Of a DNA stretch of 64,000 nt, positions 59,320 through 64,000 are shown piece after piece (positions within the stretch are counted from its first letter, which is position 1; each line of letters opens with the position of its first letter). The stretch spans positions 224,001-288,000 of the forward strand of contig CAWHAE010000010.1 in NCBI GenBank assembly GCA_963827235.1. Direction: 5' to 3'. Made by a program: the position numbers and the translations under genes. Under the pieces are notes generated by a model that made no database searches, was not told the origin of the DNA, and saw only the letters and a list, made by a program, of their open reading frames with translations. Source of the stretch: an uncultured bacterium (GTDB taxonomy: Bacteria > Chloroflexota > UBA5177 > JANWHV01).

Positions 59320-59521
59320 GCCCGCGGCCGGCACCGCCGCTGTGGGCGCGCCACCGTGGCATGCACTCCCAGCTACGTGCATTCCCCTCTGGCAGGCGGC
59401 CTTCGCCGAGCTTGCTGGATGGGACGCGGAGCAGGAGTTTGATTTCGGACTGGATGCGCTCCTGCAAAGCATCCTTGCTGTGGCGCCATCGCCGGCAGGC
59501 GCGACGGCAAGCACGAGATGA
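59320..59521 (+). pseudogene. TetR C-terminal domain fragment
   Basis: P.....EL..WDAEQEFDFGLDALL; no HTH upstream. Confidence 0.45.
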
Positions 59522-59548
59522 TGGGCAAGATGATGTGACTGGCTTGAC

Positions 59549-60748
59549 TCAGCCGCCTTTCACGAGCGCCACATGGTACTTCATGCCCGACGCCATAATC
59601 TCGAGGCGACAGCCATGCGAGCAGTCCGTAGCCGGCCGAGCCGTGTTCGATCCCGAGACGGTTTGCGGGTCAAAGACGTTACGTCCATAGTCGTTGCTGT
59701 CGTGCAGAACCAGCGCGAACTGGGGGTCCGCGATCCCTTTGATCACGGTCCACTGGCTGCGGATGGTGAACGCGCCGGCAACCGTGAACTTGGGCGTCAT
59801 TCTGTCCATGTCGTTAGTGCCCGAGATGTCGAGCAGCGTGCCGGCAGGAAGCGCCGTTGGTGTCGGCGTCACGGGCTGGGCCTGCAGCACGGGCGGCTGC
59901 GTGCCCCGCTGGGTCGCGGTCTGCCCGGCACCAACGTTCACAGTCACGCCCGCAGTGCGTATCCACTCGGAGCCGCTGATGACGTGGAGCGTCGTGATCT
60001 GAGACTTGGGGTCGTAAGAGACCCAGAATTCGGTGTAGCGGCCGCCGAGGCTCGCGCGCTCAGTGCTGACGGGGAAGTCGTTATGTCCGCCGAATTGGCT
60101 GGTGATCGTCGCCCAGACTTTGCCGAGCGTCAGAGTGAGCGCGATTTTCCAGTTCGTCGTCCCCTCGTCGAACTTGCAGCCGGCCGGGACTTCCATGTTG
60201 GAGCCGGCCGTCATCCTGATCACGGAGTTGTCGCCCAGCGTCAACTCCACATCCTGGTCCGCTGCGATGGTCTGTCCCGGTGTCAGGTGCGTGCCCTTTA
60301 GATCGGCGAGGTCGCTCCGCGCGCCGCTCGGGTTGTCCACGCGCACGATCTCCGTCTCATCGTCCGTGCAGGGGTTCACCGGCCCAGCGCTCACAGTGAA
60401 CGCGTACAGCACGATATCCGTTGGATCCAGGTAGTAGACGAGTCGATAGTGCCCGGGCCGCTCAAACCGGTTTGCGCAATAGTACGGATCCGATGGGTTG
60501 CCCTGGCTACCCTGGTCCCCCACCTCCTCGAAGTAGTGCCACCCACCTGCAGCCCACACCTCGAACTTGCTCCACCAACCGTCCGGGCCGCACTTGCCGC
60601 GAAAGACGGTGCCTACCGGATACACGTGGCCGGGCTGGGGCACGATGCCGACGGCGAACGCCGTCCGCGTGCCGCCTAGCACAACGTCCGCACCGAGCAG
60701 TCCCGCCAGTAGGCACGACACCAGGGCCACGCGCAGCAGGGTCTTCAT
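59549..60748 (-). CDS. Secreted FecR-domain protein
   Basis: Signal peptide; L.PG..I....VELTLGDNSVIRM...S...L.LGKVW...GGR.TEF.V...LHVISG...VGAGQ. Confidence 0.7.
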   Translation of the reverse strand: MKTLLRVALVSCLLAGLLGADVVLGGTRTAFAVGIVPQPGHVYPVGTVFRGKCGPDGWWSKFEVWAAGGWHYFEEVGDQGSQGNPSDPYYCANRFERPGHYRLVYYLDPTDIVLYAFTVSAGPVNPCTDDETEIVRVDNPSGARSDLADLKGTHLTPGQTIAADQDVELTLGDNSVIRMTAGSNMEVPAGCKFDEGTTNWKIALTLTLGKVWATITSQFGGHNDFPVSTERASLGGRYTEFWVSYDPKSQITTLHVISGSEWIRTAGVTVNVGAGQTATQRGTQPPVLQAQPVTPTPTALPAGTLLDISGTNDMDRMTPKFTVAGAFTIRSQWTVIKGIADPQFALVLHDSNDYGRNVFDPQTVSGSNTARPATDCSHGCRLEIMASGMKYHVALVKGG

Positions 60749-61074
60749 CGCTCCCCTCCCACCGGATACTTTTGGAACTCGGCAGAGCAGCCTCTGCCAG
60801 AGTACTTCCGGCCACCACAGTAGCCCAGCAAATGGCCGCAGTCAAGCAATGCTCCAGATGCTGTGCCCGTCCGAGTCGAATGTGCGCTGACCACGGGGGT
60901 TCGCGTGGCGTCGCCCTGCAGGCACTATGCGTGTGTATGAACGGGGAGCCGACGACATGTGTGACGACGGCTTCCTCACAGCCTGCCCAAGCGACGAGTT
61001 CGTTCCCTAACGCGCCTGTTGTCCGGTCACGGGAGGCTGATAGACCCAGATCCATCATCGTGGCAGGCTCGGAT

Positions 61075-62472
61075 CTAGACTGACGGAATTATCGGCGGTT
61101 CGGGCGTAGTACCCCATGCAAGGGAGCCAGTGAATACCGCGCCACCGTGCGGCCCATTCGCCACGCTCAGATCACCGTCGTGTGCTAACAGGATGCGGCG
61201 CGCGATGGTCAGCCCCAGGCCCGCTCCGCCGGTTTGGCGGTTGCGCGAGCCCTCGCCGCGATACAGTGGGGCGAATAGGTGCGGTACGTCCTCTGCCTTG
61301 ATGCCCGGCCCACTGTCGGCGACGGTGAATTCCGCGTGGTCGCCAAAGCTTTGCCAGCGTACCCGGATGGTCCCTCCTTCGGGAGTGTAGCGCCGCGCGT
61401 TATCCAGCAGGTTGCCCACCGCACGTGCCAGCAGATTCGCGTCGCCAGACACATGGCAGGGCTGTGCCGGCCCATCCCAGAGCAGCACGATCCCTTTGGC
61501 CTGGAGCTGTGGGTGCAACGTCTCAGCGGTATTCCTGAGCAGTTCGCCCAGGTCGAATGGTGCGTACACCGGCGGCTGTTCCAGGTACTCCAGTCGTGCA
61601 TAGGTGAACAGATCGTCAATCAGTCGTGCCAGGGCATCGGCACGCTCGCGGCAAATCGCCGTATACTTCGCCGCCTTCTCCGGCGTCGCGGCCAATCCTT
61701 GTTCCAGGCCCTCCAGGTAGCCGCGCAAGGAGAAGAGGGGTGCGCGCAGGTCATGAACGATTGCACTGATGAACAGGCGGCGTTCCTGCTCAATCTCAGC
61801 CTGTCGAATCAATGAGGCACTCAGCGCGGCGCCCATGGTGGCGAAGGCCGCCGAGACATCGGCGATCTCGCGGACCGGCGAGACGGGCAGGGTGACCGCC
61901 AGGTCGTTGACGGCGACTCGATGCGCGGCCCGACTGAGGATTGCGAGAGGCCGCTGCACTGCCCTGGCCGTGAATACGGCGATTGCCACCAACACGAGCA
62001 CAAGCGCCAGCAATCCGCCGGCCGGAAGCAGGTAGGCTGCTCCGAGGACGGGTGATTGCTCGAAGACCTCGACCGTGCCACGAATCTGACCACCGGCGCG
62101 CACCACAATCACCTGTAGCTGCCCATCCTCGGCGATCGCCGTGTGTACGCCACCGGCCGGCGCGGCGGCACCAGGATAGGCAGTTGCCGGCGCGAGAGGA
62201 TCCATCCCGCTGCGATAGATGGTGCGGCCCGCGCTATCACGGATCACCACGTCCACGCCCAGATGCCGCAGCGTGGCTCGCTCGCTCACCTGCCAGGCAC
62301 GATCGGCCCAACGGCTCGGGTGGGCGGTGAGGTCGTCGACTGCCGCATTGCTGGGGAACCTCAGATCCCGCGGTAGCAAGAGGCCAATGATGATGATAGT
62401 CAACACCGGGACGAGCACGAGCGCCAGCAAGGCGAGCGCCAGCCAGGTGCGCGTGGTCAGCGTCACCCTCAT
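61075..62472 (-). CDS. HAMP-domain sensor histidine kinase
   Basis: 2 TM, HAMP, HDLRAPL, NLLDNARRY, DSGPGI, GAGLGL. Confidence 0.93.
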   Translation of the reverse strand: MRVTLTTRTWLALALLALVLVPVLTIIIIGLLLPRDLRFPSNAAVDDLTAHPSRWADRAWQVSERATLRHLGVDVVIRDSAGRTIYRSGMDPLAPATAYPGAAAPAGGVHTAIAEDGQLQVIVVRAGGQIRGTVEVFEQSPVLGAAYLLPAGGLLALVLVLVAIAVFTARAVQRPLAILSRAAHRVAVNDLAVTLPVSPVREIADVSAAFATMGAALSASLIRQAEIEQERRLFISAIVHDLRAPLFSLRGYLEGLEQGLAATPEKAAKYTAICRERADALARLIDDLFTYARLEYLEQPPVYAPFDLGELLRNTAETLHPQLQAKGIVLLWDGPAQPCHVSGDANLLARAVGNLLDNARRYTPEGGTIRVRWQSFGDHAEFTVADSGPGIKAEDVPHLFAPLYRGEGSRNRQTGGAGLGLTIARRILLAHDGDLSVANGPHGGAVFTGSLAWGTTPEPPIIPSV

Positions 62473-63164
62473 TGGGGGATACCCTCAAAACGATAGCCGA
62501 CACCCCAAACAGTCACGACGTAGACTGGCTTCCTTGAATCCACCTCGATCTTCTCTCGGATGCGCCCGATGTGCACGGCGACCGTGTGACGGTCGCCATA
62601 ACTGCCCCAGAACCGTTCGAACAACTGATCGCGGGTGAATACCTGGCGAGGATTCTCCGCCAAGAGCTGCAACAGCGCGAACTCCCGTGCGGCAAAGGGG
62701 ACGACCTGTCCGTCTATGCGCACCTCTTGCGCTCGCAGATCCAGCACCAGCCGCCCAAAACGCATCTCGGCGGCAGCTTGGGACGGTGCCCCACGTTGGT
62801 AGCGCCGCAGCACGCTCTTGATCCGTGCTACCACCTCGCTGGGGGTGGCCGACTTGACGATATAATCGTCGCCGCCCAGTCCCAGCCCGCGGATCTTATC
62901 CATATCGCCATCGCGCGCGCTGAGGAAAAGTATGGGCAGATCGTAGGTCTCACGGATCTGGCGGCAAATCTCGAAGCCCGAGAGGCCCGGCAGCATCACA
63001 TCCAACAGCAGACACTGGATGGGACGTTGGGCGATCAGGTTCAACGCCTCAGCACCGTCCTGGGCCATTTCCACGGCGTAGCCCGCTGCCTCCAGGAAGT
63101 CGCGCAGCAGCTCGCGAACCTCCGGCTCGTCATCTACCACCAGTACAGTCGGTCGCTCTGTCAT
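62469..63164 (-). CDS. OmpR-family response regulator
   Basis: VLVVDDE, LLDVMLP, LFLSA, DDYIVK, VHIGRIREK, TVWGVGY; overlaps the kinase start. Confidence 0.95.
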   Translation of the reverse strand: MTERPTVLVVDDEPEVRELLRDFLEAAGYAVEMAQDGAEALNLIAQRPIQCLLLDVMLPGLSGFEICRQIRETYDLPILFLSARDGDMDKIRGLGLGGDDYIVKSATPSEVVARIKSVLRRYQRGAPSQAAAEMRFGRLVLDLRAQEVRIDGQVVPFAAREFALLQLLAENPRQVFTRDQLFERFWGSYGDRHTVAVHIGRIREKIEVDSRKPVYVVTVWGVGYRFEGIPQ

Positions 63165-63301
63165 GCCGGCGAGTTTCCTTTATCACAGCACTCCCACCAC
63201 GAATCAACTCCCGGCCAGCCCCAGTCTCACGCCATGCCGTGGCGGAGTCGAGTGCTCAGACGGACTATGCAGAGTCATTTCATTCTCAAATTGCTCTGCT
63301 G

Positions 63302-63329
63302 TTGACACGCAATTGACAATTGCGTGACG
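63302..63329. promoter_or_regulatory. Putative response-regulator binding site
   Basis: TTGACA/TTGACA/GTGACG at 11-bp period, overlapping a perfect cacgcaattg-a-caattgcgtg palindrome. Confidence 0.6.
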
Positions 63330-63414
63330 GGCTGTTGCAACCTGGCCACTACGATTGGAATCGTAGCAACCAGTGTCATGGATGGCACAGGGCGCAGGAA
63401 GGACTACCTCTATC

Positions 63415-64000
63415 ATGCACACATCGAGCGGGAGCGCGATGCCAGGAGTGACGAGTACCGCAGCAGTTGTGGCCATTGAACTACGCAAGAGTTTGCCGCT
63501 GGGCGGCGAGCGGTTGGAGATTCTCAAAGGTATCAGCTTTCAAATCCGGCACGGGGAGTTCGCCGCGATCATCGGCCCCTCTGGTTCGGGCAAGTCTACG
63601 CTGCTGGGCATCATCGCCGGGCTGGACAATCCCAGCGAGGGGCGAATCCTGATCGACGGCATCGATATTACCACCATGAGCGAGACCCGCCTGGCTACCA
63701 TCCGCAATCAAAAGATCGGCATGGTCTTCCAGTCCTTCAATCTGATCCCCACCCTCACCGCGCAGGAGAACGTGGAGGTGCCGCTCTACGTCGGCACGCA
63801 TCCAGGCCGCCCCTCGGTACGCGCCCGCGAGTTGTTGGCCTTGGTCGGACTGAGCCACCGCTTCGACCATCGACCCAACCAGCTTTCCGGCGGCGAGCAG
63901 CAACGGGTAGCCATAGCGCGTGCGCTGGCTACCAATCCGGCGCTCGTCATTGCCGACGAACCCACCGGCAACCTGGACGGCAAGAACGGGGCCAAAATGC
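63415..64000 (+). CDS. ABC transporter ATP-binding protein (LolD/MacB-like); 3' end runs off the window
   Basis: [44 protein letters not shown]; not in the ORF track because it has no stop in the window. Confidence 0.93.
   Translation, partial: MHTSSGSAMPGVTSTAAVVAIELRKSLPLGGERLEILKGISFQIRHGEFAAIIGPSGSGKSTLLGIIAGLDNPSEGRILIDGIDITTMSETRLATIRNQKIGMVFQSFNLIPTLTAQENVEVPLYVGTHPGRPSVRARELLALVGLSHRFDHRPNQLSGGEQQRVAIARALATNPALVIADEPTGNLDGKNGAKM

Overview
High-GC bacterial chromosome segment; gene style suggests Chloroflexota or a related Terrabacteria lineage (inference only). Positions ~1-31.2 kb are mostly core genes: aroF, mnmA, NDH-2, peptidase E, leuCD with a LysR regulator, an L,D-transpeptidase, an NYN protein, tilS, ftsH, a glcF-like gene, tsaC and glmS. 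An ~8.9 kb signalling island (MCP, broken propeller/kinase gene, secreted protein, dual-membrane GGDEF/HD-GYP protein) sits between two ~350-bp copies of the tilS 3' end. About 22 bp after the glmS stop there is a probable Tn7-like end. It is followed by ~30 kb of accessory, partly decayed DNA: an Eco1/ESCO-like Zn-finger acetyltransferase, a putative RelE/YafO-like nuclease, an IS701-like IS, IS630/SDR/BrnTA/kinase remnants, a diverged internal glmS fragment, fur-ferritin-katG, patatin plus a papain-like peptidase, a frameshifted XRE-STAND-TPR regulator and secreted proteins. This region also holds two ~225-bp copies of an unannotated structured non-coding element. The window ends in an OmpR-family two-component system and a divergent ABC ATPase. 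No rRNA, tRNA or CRISPR array was seen. All family calls come from motif recognition by eye; no searches were run.
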